DNA from: Clostridia bacterium | GTDB lineage: Bacteria > Bacillota > Clostridia > DUPQ01 | Direction of reading: 5' to 3' | Length of the DNA: 64,000 nt | Assembly (NCBI GenBank): GCA_046484975.1 | Contig: JAWOHX010000011.1 | Span: 3,611-67,610 of the forward strand | In this document: positions 8,895-18,224 of the stretch, in pieces | Position numbering within the stretch: position 1 is the stretch's first letter | How the letters are laid out: each line of letters opens with the position of its first letter | Translations under genes and position numbers: made by a program | Notes under the pieces: generated by a model | Told to the model about the DNA's origin: nothing | Databases searched by the model: none | The model's input: the letters and a program-made list of their open reading frames with translations, nothing else

Positions 8895-9926
8895 ATGCTT
8901 TTTAAGTTGTTTCGGTTGTTTTTTGGACTCCTTGGATTCCTCACAGGACTCACCGTCGTCCATACAATGATCATCGGCCTTTTTCCGGATGAGTCATTCT
9001 GGAAATACCCGTTGTACGGGTTCTTTGGTCTGGCCTCTGCATTGTTCATGTACTACATCTCAGGCAGGACATTCCTGGCCATCAACAAGCTGATGGGCAA
9101 AGCCCAGCACACCGCCACGAAGCTTTCCTTCTACGATATGCTCATCGGCGGCGTGGGACTGATCGCAGGCCTTGTCATCGCCAACCTCGCGGCCATCCCG
9201 TTTCGGAACATCGACATCATCGGGGGACCCCTTGCAGTGGTGCTCAACATTCTTCTGGGCATGGGCGGCATGTATTTCGCCATTTCAAAAAAAGACGAGA
9301 TCAGCCTGGAGAATTTCAAAGCCAACCGGAAAAGAAGCGGCAGTAAGATCCTGGACACCTGTGCCATCATCGACGGCAGGATCATGGATGTTTTCGAGAC
9401 GGGCTTTCTGGACGGGCTTTTCGTGGTGCCCCTCTTCATCGTCAAGGAACTCCATACCCTGGCGGACAGCGGGGACCCGATGAAACGGAGCCGCGGGAAA
9501 AGAGGCCTGGAGATTCTGGAGAAGCTCAAGGAAAAAATGAAAAGCATGGACATCGTCGAGACAGAGTTCGATGACCTGGCCCTGGACACCGATGTGAAAC
9601 TCATGAAATATGCCAGCAAAACCGCCGGTGCAATCCTTACTGTGGATTACAACCTCAACAAGGTTGCCGCCGTGACGGGAATCCGGGTGCTCAACATCAA
9701 CGATCTGGCGAACAGTGTGAAAAGGATGACGCTGCCCGGGGAGGAAATAAAGATCAACATCGTGAAAAAGGGCAAGGAAAACGGGCAGGGCATCGGCTAC
9801 CTGGAGGACGGGACCATGGTGGTGGCGGACAAGGGGAATGAATTCATCGGGATGGATGTGGAGCTGGTGGTCACCAGTGTCATGCAGACATCCGCCGGAA
9901 GGCTTGTTTTCGCCAGGGTCAAATGA
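8895..9926 (+). CDS. PIN/TRAM-domain membrane protein (YacL-like)
   Basis: N-terminal TM helices, then a PIN domain (ILDTCAIIDGRI...VVPLFIVKELHTLADSGD) and a C-terminal TRAM-like beta domain. Synteny radA-carD-yacL-ispD matches the Bacillus yacK-yacL-yacM neighbourhood. Confidence 0.75.
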   Translation: MLFKLFRLFFGLLGFLTGLTVVHTMIIGLFPDESFWKYPLYGFFGLASALFMYYISGRTFLAINKLMGKAQHTATKLSFYDMLIGGVGLIAGLVIANLAAIPFRNIDIIGGPLAVVLNILLGMGGMYFAISKKDEISLENFKANRKRSGSKILDTCAIIDGRIMDVFETGFLDGLFVVPLFIVKELHTLADSGDPMKRSRGKRGLEILEKLKEKMKSMDIVETEFDDLALDTDVKLMKYASKTAGAILTVDYNLNKVAAVTGIRVLNINDLANSVKRMTLPGEEIKINIVKKGKENGQGIGYLEDGTMVVADKGNEFIGMDVELVVTSVMQTSAGRLVFARVK

Positions 9927-9927
9927 T

Positions 9928-10650
9928 ATGAAGGCAAGTGTCATCATCCCGGCAGCAGGAAAATCCTCCAGGATGAAAAGCCATGGGGACAAATGCTCTC
10001 TCAACATCCAGGGAATACCGGTATTGATCCGGACCATTGGTGTTTTTTTTGCCATGCCGGAAATCCATGAGATAGTGGTGGCCTTGCCAAAAGAGCATAT
10101 GGCCAGGTATGCAGGCATGATCCGGAAACATGGCTTTGCGTCAAAGGTAAAGGCGGTGGCTGGAGCGGATGACAGGACCGGTTCGGTTGCCAATGCCTTC
10201 AGGGTTTTGGAAAAGAATACGGACATGGTACTGGTCCATGACGGAGCCAGGCCCTTTGTCACGGAAAAACTCATCAGGGACTGCATCGGGGCCTGTGCGG
10301 AGCACGGGGCCGCAGTGGCCGGAATCCCGTCAAAGGACACTGTCAAGCTGGCCGATAGCCAGGGGTTTGTCAAAAGTACGCCGGACCGAAGGCAGGCCTT
10401 CCTCATACAGACTCCCCAGGCTTTTCGTTACGGACTGGCGGAAAAAATGATGAAAACAGCATCATCAGGCTTCGTCCGGGCGACGGATGACGCATCACTG
10501 GCGGAAGCGTTGGGGCATCCCGTGTTCATTGTCCCGTCGGATGAGAGCAACATGAAAATAACCACGGATTTCGATTTGGTTGTCGCGGAAGCGGTATTAA
10601 GCCACCGTGATGATGCAGGTGCAGAGAATCCCTTCCCCCCGGCCGAATGA
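9928..10650 (+). CDS. ispD: 2-C-methyl-D-erythritol 4-phosphate cytidylyltransferase
   Basis: MKASVIIPAAGKSSRM (nucleotide-binding loop) ...LVHDGARPFV. About 240 aa. Its last ~18 codons overlap the ispF 3' end on the opposite strand. Confidence 0.9.
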   Translation: MKASVIIPAAGKSSRMKSHGDKCSLNIQGIPVLIRTIGVFFAMPEIHEIVVALPKEHMARYAGMIRKHGFASKVKAVAGADDRTGSVANAFRVLEKNTDMVLVHDGARPFVTEKLIRDCIGACAEHGAAVAGIPSKDTVKLADSQGFVKSTPDRRQAFLIQTPQAFRYGLAEKMMKTASSGFVRATDDASLAEALGHPVFIVPSDESNMKITTDFDLVVAEAVLSHRDDAGAENPFPPAE

Positions 10651-11064
10651 GGTCAGGCCCTCCCCGCTGGTGGCGGTGATCCCCACGCAGGAGACATCAA
10701 TGCCCAGCAGGCAGGCAACGGATTCCCGGATGTTTGGGATATGCGGCGCCAACACGGGTGTGGCGCATTCCATGGAAAAGCTCACATGGGATATGGAATG
10801 GAAGCCCAGGTGGCGCAACCCTTCTTTCAGATAGCAGGAGCTGTCCGTTATTTTCATGTCTTTGCACATCCTGTCGGCGTGTTCCCCGAGAATGATGACC
10901 CCGGTGATACCCGAGACGGCATTGGTCAGGGCATGCAGGACCACATCTGCATCACTGTTCCCCTCCAGGGGCCGGTGCCCCGGGATCTCCACCCCTCCGA
11001 GAAGAAGCTTTTTTTTTGGATCGTCACAGAATTTGTGGCTGTCCTGGCCGATGGCACATTTCAT
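10597..11064 (-). CDS. ispF: 2-C-methyl-D-erythritol 2,4-cyclodiphosphate synthase
   Basis: Starts MKCAIGQDSHKF, with SDADVVLHALTNA and a C-terminal TSFGRGEGI; 155 aa, all IspF hallmarks. Convergent with ispD. Confidence 0.9.
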   Translation of the reverse strand: MKCAIGQDSHKFCDDPKKKLLLGGVEIPGHRPLEGNSDADVVLHALTNAVSGITGVIILGEHADRMCKDMKITDSSCYLKEGLRHLGFHSISHVSFSMECATPVLAPHIPNIRESVACLLGIDVSCVGITATSGEGLTSFGRGEGILCTCIITVA

Positions 11065-11261
11065 GGATTCACCCCCTGTTCCATTCTATATTCTTTCCTG
11101 GATTTTTTCAATGACGGTCGTGGAACAGGCCTTAAAAAAATGACCGGCGGGATATATTTTCAAATAAAGCTGGATATTTGATGGCATATATAATAGAATG
11201 AACATAATCAGAAGAAACAGGTAGGTTTTTTTACAAAAGAAAGTGCAACGGGGGATATGGA

Positions 11262-12572
11262 ATGAAAAAGGGCATCGTGAGATGGATTGCTGCATTGGTG
11301 GTCATATGTTTTTTCTTTATGCCATTGCAAGTGAATGCAAGCCTTATCCGACGCGGAATGGAAAGTGAGCAGGTATACCAGTTACAGCACGATCTTCTTC
11401 AGCTCGGGTTTTTTCATGTGGATCCCACAGGCTATTTCGGAGAAATAACGGAGACCTCTTTGATTGCATTCCAGAAGGCAACCGGTCTGGATCCTGACGG
11501 GATAGCCGGATCGATGACTTTCAGCAAGATCCAGGAAATGATTGCCGGGCAGGCTGTTGTACAGACGGCACAGTCCGCAGTTGAGACCGCTTCCGACAAC
11601 AACAATGGTGAGGCCTTCCTGAGTCAGGGAATGAATGGGGACAATGTCAGGATTTATCAGTCAAAATTGAAACTCCTTGGTATTTTTGATTACAATGCCA
11701 CCGGATATTACGGGGTGATCACCACGGAAGCGGTGCAATCTTTCCAGATGAGCTTCGGGCTGGTTCCCGATGGCAGGATTGGGGAGCGGACGGCGTCCCT
11801 GATCAACACCCTTGTGGAACGGGTGCTGGAGGATTTGTTCCTCCAGGGGGACATGAAGACCAATGCCTCGGGCAGGAGTGTGAGCATCCTGCAAAGGGCC
11901 CTTGCGAGCCTGGGGCATTACGATTACGCAATCACGGGATCCTACGGGGATATCACCGCCAATGCCGTGATAAAATTCCAGGCGGACTACGGACTCGCAA
12001 TGGACGGAATCGCAGGCAAGGAGACGCTGGAGACAATCAGTAAAGTACTGGCCTCGAAGGAAGCCGTCAAAATTGAGAACACCTATGTCAAAGACCTGAC
12101 CATGAGATGGTTTGGCGGAGTGGAGAATTTTTTCAAGCTCGGGGACACCGCCAGGATATATGACGTGGGAACGGGAAGAAGCTTCTACATCAAGAGGACC
12201 TACGGATACAACCATGCCGACGTGGAGACCCTGACCGCCCAGGACACCGCCATCATGAGACAGATATACGGGGGCACCTGGTCCTGGGACAGAAGAGCGG
12301 TCCTGGTGTTTGTTCACGGACATGTCATCGCCGCCTCAATGGCAGGGATGCCCCATGCAGGACGTGATGACCTGGCTGCCAACGCCTGGGTTTCCAACAG
12401 GAGCGGCGGCTACGGGACAGGGGCCAACCTGGATGCAGTGAAGGGCAACGGGATGGAAGGCCACTTCGACCTGCACTTTACCCTCAGCAGGACCCATGCG
12501 ACCAATGCGGTCTGCCCGAGGCACCAGGAAGCCATCCGCCAGGCGGCAGCCTATGCCAGGAATATGTTCTGA
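11262..12572 (+). CDS. secreted protein with 4x peptidoglycan-binding (PG_binding_1) repeats and an uncharacterised C-terminal domain
   Basis: Signal peptide MKKGIVRWIAALVVICFFFMPLQVNA. Four repeats of about 70 aa, each with a G(L/F)..DG..G..T motif. The C-terminal ~150 aa are unassigned (possible cell-wall-enzyme-like domain) and contain a lone Cys in NAVCPRHQ. Confidence 0.7.
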   Translation: MKKGIVRWIAALVVICFFFMPLQVNASLIRRGMESEQVYQLQHDLLQLGFFHVDPTGYFGEITETSLIAFQKATGLDPDGIAGSMTFSKIQEMIAGQAVVQTAQSAVETASDNNNGEAFLSQGMNGDNVRIYQSKLKLLGIFDYNATGYYGVITTEAVQSFQMSFGLVPDGRIGERTASLINTLVERVLEDLFLQGDMKTNASGRSVSILQRALASLGHYDYAITGSYGDITANAVIKFQADYGLAMDGIAGKETLETISKVLASKEAVKIENTYVKDLTMRWFGGVENFFKLGDTARIYDVGTGRSFYIKRTYGYNHADVETLTAQDTAIMRQIYGGTWSWDRRAVLVFVHGHVIAASMAGMPHAGRDDLAANAWVSNRSGGYGTGANLDAVKGNGMEGHFDLHFTLSRTHATNAVCPRHQEAIRQAAAYARNMF

Positions 12573-12584
12573 GGACGAGGGAAC

Positions 12585-13919
12585 GTGATTCATGTTTTTC
12601 AGCAGGACGATATAAGAGTGGTTTTGGATGTGAACAGCGGCGCTGTTCACATTCTTGATGATGTGACTTTTGAACTCCTGAAGAATGCAAAAGACAAAGA
12701 CGACATCCTGGAAGGCCGCATTCTCCTCAGGGACAGGTACAGTGAAATCCAGCTGGATGAGGCCGTGGCGGAACTGGACGCCCTGATGGAGGAAGGCAGC
12801 CTGTTCTCCCCGTTTCCGGATCTGAAGACGGATCGTACGGCGGAAAAACAAGGACTGGATATGAAAGCCCTCTGCCTCCACGTGGCCCATGACTGCAATC
12901 TCCGATGCAGCTATTGTTTTGCGGACAAGGGAAAGTATGGGGACGCCAGGGAAAAGATGCCCCTGGATGTGGCACAGAAAGCCATTGATTTCCTTCTGGA
13001 AAACTCTTCCAGGAAACATGTGGAAGTGGATTTTTTCGGGGGGGAGCCCCTGATGAACTTTGAGGTCGTCAAAAAGACCGTGGAATATGCACTGGAGAGA
13101 CAAAAAGACAGGCAGGTGCATTTCACTTTGACCACCAATGCAACCATCCTGGACGATGAGATCCTTGCTTTCATCAACAGGCACATGGACAATGTTGTCC
13201 TCAGCCTGGACGGACGCAAAGAGACCCATGACAGGATGAGGCGCTACCAAAACGGCAGGGGATCCTATGACCGGGTCCTGGGGAACATCCGCAGGATCCT
13301 GGCTGACAGGAAAAAAGGCTCCTATTTCATCCGTGGCACCTTCACCCGGGAGAATCTGGATTTTTCAGAGGATATCAGGCACCTGGCCGACCTAGGCTTC
13401 CGGGAGATCTCCATCGAGCCCGTCACAGGGGGAGCCTTTGCATTCAACCGGGAGGAGCTGGCAGTCATCCTGAAGGAATACGAGGAATTCGCCATGGAAT
13501 ATGCCCGGCAGGAAGAGTACCGGTTCTACCATTTCAACCTGGACCTTTATCATGGTCCCTGCGTGTACAAGAGGATCAGCTCCTGTGGGGCGGGCTTTGA
13601 ATATGCCGCCGTTGTCCCGGACGGCTCCCTGTACGCCTGCCATCAGTTCGCTGGAATGGAGGCGTTCAGACTGGGGGATGTCTTCAACGGGATACACAAT
13701 ACCGCGCTCATGGAGGAAATGAGGAGCGCCAACGTCCTGAACAAGGAGGAATGCAAGGAATGCTGGGCCAGGTTTTTGTGCTCGGGAGGTTGCCATGCCC
13801 TGGCATATTTCAAAAACGGGGACATCAAAAAACCCGACCAGGACCATTGCACATTGCAAAAGAAAAGGATGGAATGCGCCATGATCATCGCAGCAAGGAG
13901 AGACATGCGGAATGAATGA
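12585..13919 (+). CDS. radical SAM/SPASM-domain peptide-maturase-like enzyme (anSME/SCIFF-maturase family) with N-terminal RRE-like extension
   Basis: CNLRCSYC (CxxxCxxC) at about residue 105, GGEPL, a twitch/SPASM C-terminal cysteine cluster (CKECWARFLCSGGCHA) and about 100 N-terminal residues before the rSAM core. Starts 13 nt after the upstream gene and overlaps the downstream HAD gene. Confidence 0.85.
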   Translation: MIHVFQQDDIRVVLDVNSGAVHILDDVTFELLKNAKDKDDILEGRILLRDRYSEIQLDEAVAELDALMEEGSLFSPFPDLKTDRTAEKQGLDMKALCLHVAHDCNLRCSYCFADKGKYGDAREKMPLDVAQKAIDFLLENSSRKHVEVDFFGGEPLMNFEVVKKTVEYALERQKDRQVHFTLTTNATILDDEILAFINRHMDNVVLSLDGRKETHDRMRRYQNGRGSYDRVLGNIRRILADRKKGSYFIRGTFTRENLDFSEDIRHLADLGFREISIEPVTGGAFAFNREELAVILKEYEEFAMEYARQEEYRFYHFNLDLYHGPCVYKRISSCGAGFEYAAVVPDGSLYACHQFAGMEAFRLGDVFNGIHNTALMEEMRSANVLNKEECKECWARFLCSGGCHALAYFKNGDIKKPDQDHCTLQKKRMECAMIIAARRDMRNE

Positions 13920-14691
13920 TTTGAAAAGCAAGGAGCTTCTCGTCCTGGACATGGACGGGACCTTTTACCTCGAGAACACCCTCATCGACGGAGCACGGGA
14001 GCTGCTGGAGGAAATCGGAAGAAAGGGGAAAAGATTCCTTTTTTTCACCAACAACTCCTCCAAAGCCATGGATGACTATATTCAGAAACTCTCTGACCTG
14101 GGCGTACAGGCCAACCGGGACAGTCTCTTTAGTTCCGGGGATGTCACCATCGGTTATCTGAAAAGACATTGTCCCGGCCAAAAAATCTACCTCATCGGCA
14201 CACGGATGCTGAAAAGGGGATTTGAGAAAGAAGGGATCATCCTGACGGAGGAGGACCCGGATGGGGTGGTCTTGGGATTCGACACGGAACTGACCTATGA
14301 GAAGATATACAAGGGATGTACCTTCATCAGGAACGGGGCCTTTTTCATTGCGACCCATCCGGACGTCAATTGCCCGGTGAAGAATGGGCTGATGCCGGAT
14401 TGCGGTTCCATGATCAAAATGTTCACTGAGTCCACGGGAAAGGTGCCGCTGGTGATGGGAAAGCCCTCCAGGCACACGGTGGAGGCCATCGAGGAAAAAA
14501 CCGGTGTGGGCAGGGACAAAATGGTCTTTGTCGGGGACCGGTTGGAAACGGACATTGCCATCGGGACGGACAACGGTGCCATGTCGGTGCTGGTCCTGAC
14601 TGGAGCCACGGACCGGGCCCTTCTGGACAGGTCGTCCATCCGCCCGGACCTGGTGCGAGACAGCGTGAAAGATTTGATTCCTCTTCTATAA
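13912..14691 (+). CDS. HAD-IIA family phosphatase (NagD/YutF-like)
   Basis: DxD nucleophile motif LVLDMDGTFY, TNNS motif II, and motif III/IV (GK...VGDRLETDI). Confidence 0.8.
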   Translation: MNDLKSKELLVLDMDGTFYLENTLIDGARELLEEIGRKGKRFLFFTNNSSKAMDDYIQKLSDLGVQANRDSLFSSGDVTIGYLKRHCPGQKIYLIGTRMLKRGFEKEGIILTEEDPDGVVLGFDTELTYEKIYKGCTFIRNGAFFIATHPDVNCPVKNGLMPDCGSMIKMFTESTGKVPLVMGKPSRHTVEAIEEKTGVGRDKMVFVGDRLETDIAIGTDNGAMSVLVLTGATDRALLDRSSIRPDLVRDSVKDLIPLL

Positions 14692-14749
14692 TCCTTTATC
14701 ATGACCCTCCTTTTTGTGATAAAATGAACTCAACGAAGGAGGGACCGCC

Positions 14750-15253
14750 ATGGAGCATTTCCTGGAAAGGCGCGTTGTCAAGGAGAAGTCACAGGAGGAT
14801 CAAGGCATCATCCTGCTGACGGTGACGGCAACGATCCTGTTGTCCGTGGGCGTCCTCTTCGTCAGGAGTGTGAACACCTATTTTCCCGTCGTATACCTGG
14901 TCCTGTGGTATCTGGCCTATCGGGTCATCCTTTCCCGGAGCGTAGAATACGAGTATGTTTTCGTGGACAACGCCCTCACCATAGACCGGATCACAGGCAA
15001 GAAATGGCGTAAGCGGGTATTCAATGCCAGTCTGAATGACTTTGATGTCTTTTCTTTCATCAAGCCGGAGGATTCCGGTGCTTTTTTCCAGGAATCCCGG
15101 CAGGAGATCCCAAAGGGCGTGTTCGGCAGGCCCGATGGCCTGATGTACGGAGTCATCCATTATGACGAAAAAAAAACCGTCGTCTATTTTCCGATTGACG
15201 CAACAATGGTGGAGTATGTCAAAAAACACACGGATTATAAAGTAAAAGAGTAG
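14750..15253 (+). CDS. hypothetical membrane protein
   Basis: 167 aa with two N-terminal hydrophobic helices followed by a soluble domain. No recognisable motif. Confidence 0.45.
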   Translation: MEHFLERRVVKEKSQEDQGIILLTVTATILLSVGVLFVRSVNTYFPVVYLVLWYLAYRVILSRSVEYEYVFVDNALTIDRITGKKWRKRVFNASLNDFDVFSFIKPEDSGAFFQESRQEIPKGVFGRPDGLMYGVIHYDEKKTVVYFPIDATMVEYVKKHTDYKVKE

Positions 15254-15269
15254 GGAACGGAAACAAAAA

Positions 15270-16958
15270 ATGAGAAAAATCCTGGTGATCTTCACAACCG
15301 CCTTGTTTGCCTTATCCGTCACCGGACTGGCATTTTTTACCGTGGGATACATCACCGAAAAATATTCCCCTGAGACACGGAAAGAGGATTTCCTGGTCAG
15401 GGACCGGGTGAACCTGGTATTTGAGGGAGAGCTCGTAAAAGGCTACGGGGAGCCGGTGTTGGTGGACGACGAGGTGCTGTTGCCCTTTGATTTCATCAAG
15501 GACTATATTGACGAGACAATTTTTTATGACGACCAGAGGGCAAAGCTCACCATCACCACACCCGACAAACTGATCCGGATCGCCGACGAGGAGCTGGAGG
15601 CTTTCGTGAATTTGGAGCCCTTCGACCTGGATGTCTCTTCAAGGCACATCGGGGATACCCTGTATGTCCCGGTGATGGTTTTTTTGGAGCTGTTCAAGAT
15701 CGACATCCAGGTCATTGATGAGGAACACCGGGTGGTCATCATCGACCGGTGGAAAAACCACCGCCATGAAGGCCATATTCTGAATGAGGATGGTGCGGTC
15801 CGGAAAGGGCCGTCCATCAAGGAGCCGATCTACAAGGAATACGACCCCTTGGACAACATGGTGACGGTCCTGGAGACCTCGTCCCTCTGGATGAAGGTCA
15901 GAACCCGGGAAGGCATCATTGGTTATGTGGAGTCCCGGTATATGTATACCGTCATCAGAAGCATCCGACTGGAGATCGACCTTGTACGGGAGCTCGAAAA
16001 GACCCCGGCGACGGTGGTGCTGGCCTGGCAATACATCCAGAGGGTGACGCCCCCGGCGGACAGGATGAAGGCATTCGCCGCGCTCAATGTCCTGTCCCCA
16101 ACATGGTTCACGGTTATTAACGCCGACGGCTCCATCGACAGCCGGGCGGACATCTCCTATGTCAACCGTGCGACGGAACTGGGATACCAGGTATGGCCCC
16201 TGATCAACAACACCTTCAACGATATCGAGATGACCAGCGCCTTCCTCAACGACACGGATGCCAGGGAGCAGGTCATCCGCCAGCTCCTGGCCTATGCGCA
16301 GCTGTACGGCTTCCAGGGGATCAACGTGGACTTTGAGAATGTCTATCGCTCGGACAAGGACGTCCTCACCCAGTTCATGCGGGAACTGCGGCCGCTGGCC
16401 GGGGAAATGGGATTGATCATATCCATCGATGTCGGGGTCCCCGACGGTTCGGACACCTATTCCCTCTGCTACGACCATAAGGCCTTGTCGGAAGTCAGCG
16501 ATTATGTCATGGTGATGACCTATGACCAGCACTGGTCCTCTTCCCCCGTGGCCGGTTCCCAGGCGCAATTGTCCTGGGTGGAGAACCGGCTGAGGAGAAC
16601 ACTGGAATTCGTGGAGAGCAGCAAGCTGGTGCTGGGAATCCCGTTCTATACCAGGGTATGGGAAGTCAAGGATGGCAGGACCCGGAACATTGCATCCATC
16701 ACCATGGACCGGGGAAAGGAACTACTCGAGGAAAAAGGGGCCACCGTGTCCTGGGAGAACTCCAGCGGCCAGTACTACGCCAGGTATACACAGGAGGGCG
16801 CGGTATATCATTTATGGCTGGAGGATGAAAGGAGCGTGGCCCTCAAGGCTGGCCTGGCAGTGAAATACGGGTTGGCAGGGGTCAGCATATGGGAATTGTC
16901 CCAAGGCAATGAGCAGGCCTGGGAAGCCATTGCGGAAAGTTTATTCGGAGGTGACTGA
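15270..16958 (+). CDS. glycoside hydrolase family 18 protein (YaaH/YdhD-like peptidoglycan/chitin hydrolase) with N-terminal anchor and extra domains
   Basis: GH18 catalytic signature GINVDFE (DxxDxDxE-type: FQGINVDFENV), MTYDQHW and GIPFYTRVW. N-terminal signal/TM segment. Confidence 0.8.
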   Translation: MRKILVIFTTALFALSVTGLAFFTVGYITEKYSPETRKEDFLVRDRVNLVFEGELVKGYGEPVLVDDEVLLPFDFIKDYIDETIFYDDQRAKLTITTPDKLIRIADEELEAFVNLEPFDLDVSSRHIGDTLYVPVMVFLELFKIDIQVIDEEHRVVIIDRWKNHRHEGHILNEDGAVRKGPSIKEPIYKEYDPLDNMVTVLETSSLWMKVRTREGIIGYVESRYMYTVIRSIRLEIDLVRELEKTPATVVLAWQYIQRVTPPADRMKAFAALNVLSPTWFTVINADGSIDSRADISYVNRATELGYQVWPLINNTFNDIEMTSAFLNDTDAREQVIRQLLAYAQLYGFQGINVDFENVYRSDKDVLTQFMRELRPLAGEMGLIISIDVGVPDGSDTYSLCYDHKALSEVSDYVMVMTYDQHWSSSPVAGSQAQLSWVENRLRRTLEFVESSKLVLGIPFYTRVWEVKDGRTRNIASITMDRGKELLEEKGATVSWENSSGQYYARYTQEGAVYHLWLEDERSVALKAGLAVKYGLAGVSIWELSQGNEQAWEAIAESLFGGD

Positions 16959-16959
16959 A

Positions 16960-17628
16960 ATGGTGTTTGAATGGGAAGTGGTCATCCGTATCGTGTGCGC
17001 CATGATTTTTGGGGGACTGATCGGATATGAGAGGGAGTACAGGAAAATGCCTGCGGGATTCCGCACCCACATCCTTGTCTGCGTGGGAGCCGCCCTGGTG
17101 ATGGTCACATCAGAGTTCATGCTCACCCGTTTTTCCGGCATCGTGAACCTGGATCCGGCACGGCTCGGCGCCCAGGTCATCAGCGGAATCGGATTCCTGG
17201 GAGCAGGAACCATTCTTCGTGACAGGTTCAGGGTCACAGGGTTGACCACTGCGGCCAGTCTTTGGGCGGTCGCATGCATCGGCCTAGCGGTGGGCATCGG
17301 GTACTATTTCATGGCAACAATAGCCACTCTGCTTATTTTCGGGACACTGACCTTCCTGCGCAGTTTTGAAAATTCCATCCTGTGCAAGATTACAAAAAGC
17401 AGGACGGCCATCACCGTCAGGCTGATGCAAGGGCACGAAAAGGAAGCGGCAGAGCTCATCGAAGGGCAAGGCTACCGGATTGCCAAGATCATATCCTTCA
17501 AGAGCGAAGCCGGAAAGACCCAGATCAAATATGAGCTGGTGTGCAAGGAGCCCAAGATGGATTTCAGCCGGCTCATGGAAAAAATGGCAGGGACAGACTA
17601 CATCGTTGGCGCGGAACTGAACGGGTGA
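16960..17628 (+). CDS. mgtC: MgtC/SapB family membrane protein
   Basis: N-terminus IRIVCAMIFGGLIGYEREYRKMPAGFRTHILVCVGAALVMV is diagnostic of the MgtC N-terminal domain. A soluble ACT-like domain follows. Confidence 0.8.
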   Translation: MVFEWEVVIRIVCAMIFGGLIGYEREYRKMPAGFRTHILVCVGAALVMVTSEFMLTRFSGIVNLDPARLGAQVISGIGFLGAGTILRDRFRVTGLTTAASLWAVACIGLAVGIGYYFMATIATLLIFGTLTFLRSFENSILCKITKSRTAITVRLMQGHEKEAAELIEGQGYRIAKIISFKSEAGKTQIKYELVCKEPKMDFSRLMEKMAGTDYIVGAELNG

Positions 17629-17669
17629 GCATCTTGTTGAACCAGCGGGAAAATGTTATGGTATAATGT

Positions 17670-18212
17670 ATGAATGATTTGATGATGGATGGTGAAAGTA
17701 TGCATAAAGAAGTCAATTACACAGATGTTTTGAAGCAGGCCATGGAGCAACTGGGCAAAGGCGGAGCTTTTCTGACCACTTGTTATGACGGAAAAATCAA
17801 CACCATGACCATCGGATGGGGGACCGCCGGGATCCTGTGGTCCAAACCGGTGCTGACCGTCATGGTCCGTTACTCCAGGCATACCTACAACCTGATTGAA
17901 AAGGCGGGGGAGTTCACGGTCAGCTTCCCGCAACAGGGAGAGTTGGCCAGGGAACTGGTCATCTGCGGGACGAAAAGCGGAAGGAACATCGACAAGTTCG
18001 ACGAATGCGGATTCAAGCCCGTGGAGTCCTTCACAGTCAAGACCCCCTGCATCGACAAATGCGGCATTCATTTCGAGTGCAAGACCATCTACAAGCAGGC
18101 GATGGAACCGGGACTCATCGGGGACAAGGTCAAGGACCTGTTCTATCGGAACAACAATGACTACCATGTGGTATATTACGGGGAAATCACCCGTTGCCAT
18201 GTCAATGATTAA
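17670..18212 (+). CDS. flavin reductase-like FMN-binding domain protein
   Basis: Flavin_Reduct-like split-barrel pattern (LTTCYDGKINTMTIGWGT...). Alternative start at 17700 (MHKEV). Confidence 0.55.
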   Translation: MNDLMMDGESMHKEVNYTDVLKQAMEQLGKGGAFLTTCYDGKINTMTIGWGTAGILWSKPVLTVMVRYSRHTYNLIEKAGEFTVSFPQQGELARELVICGTKSGRNIDKFDECGFKPVESFTVKTPCIDKCGIHFECKTIYKQAMEPGLIGDKVKDLFYRNNNDYHVVYYGEITRCHVND

Positions 18213-18224
18213 ACGGAGGCTGTC

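Noticed and set aside
7295-9049. 584-aa ORF on the minus strand spanning radA and carD
   Set aside because: It is antisense to two + strand genes with unmistakable family motifs. Its product is Pro/Gly/His-rich and low-complexity, typical of GC-rich antisense frames, and it has no Shine-Dalgarno sequence or promoter.
10741-11181. 146-aa + strand ORF overlapping ispF
   Set aside because: The opposite strand encodes IspF with all conserved motifs, so the + ORF is a shadow.
12573-12584. Search for a SCIFF-type Cys-rich precursor peptide next to the radical-SAM gene and in all intergenic spaces of 60 nt or more
   Set aside because: No short Cys-rich ORF was found adjacent to the rSAM gene or in any intergenic space of the window, so no precursor is annotated.
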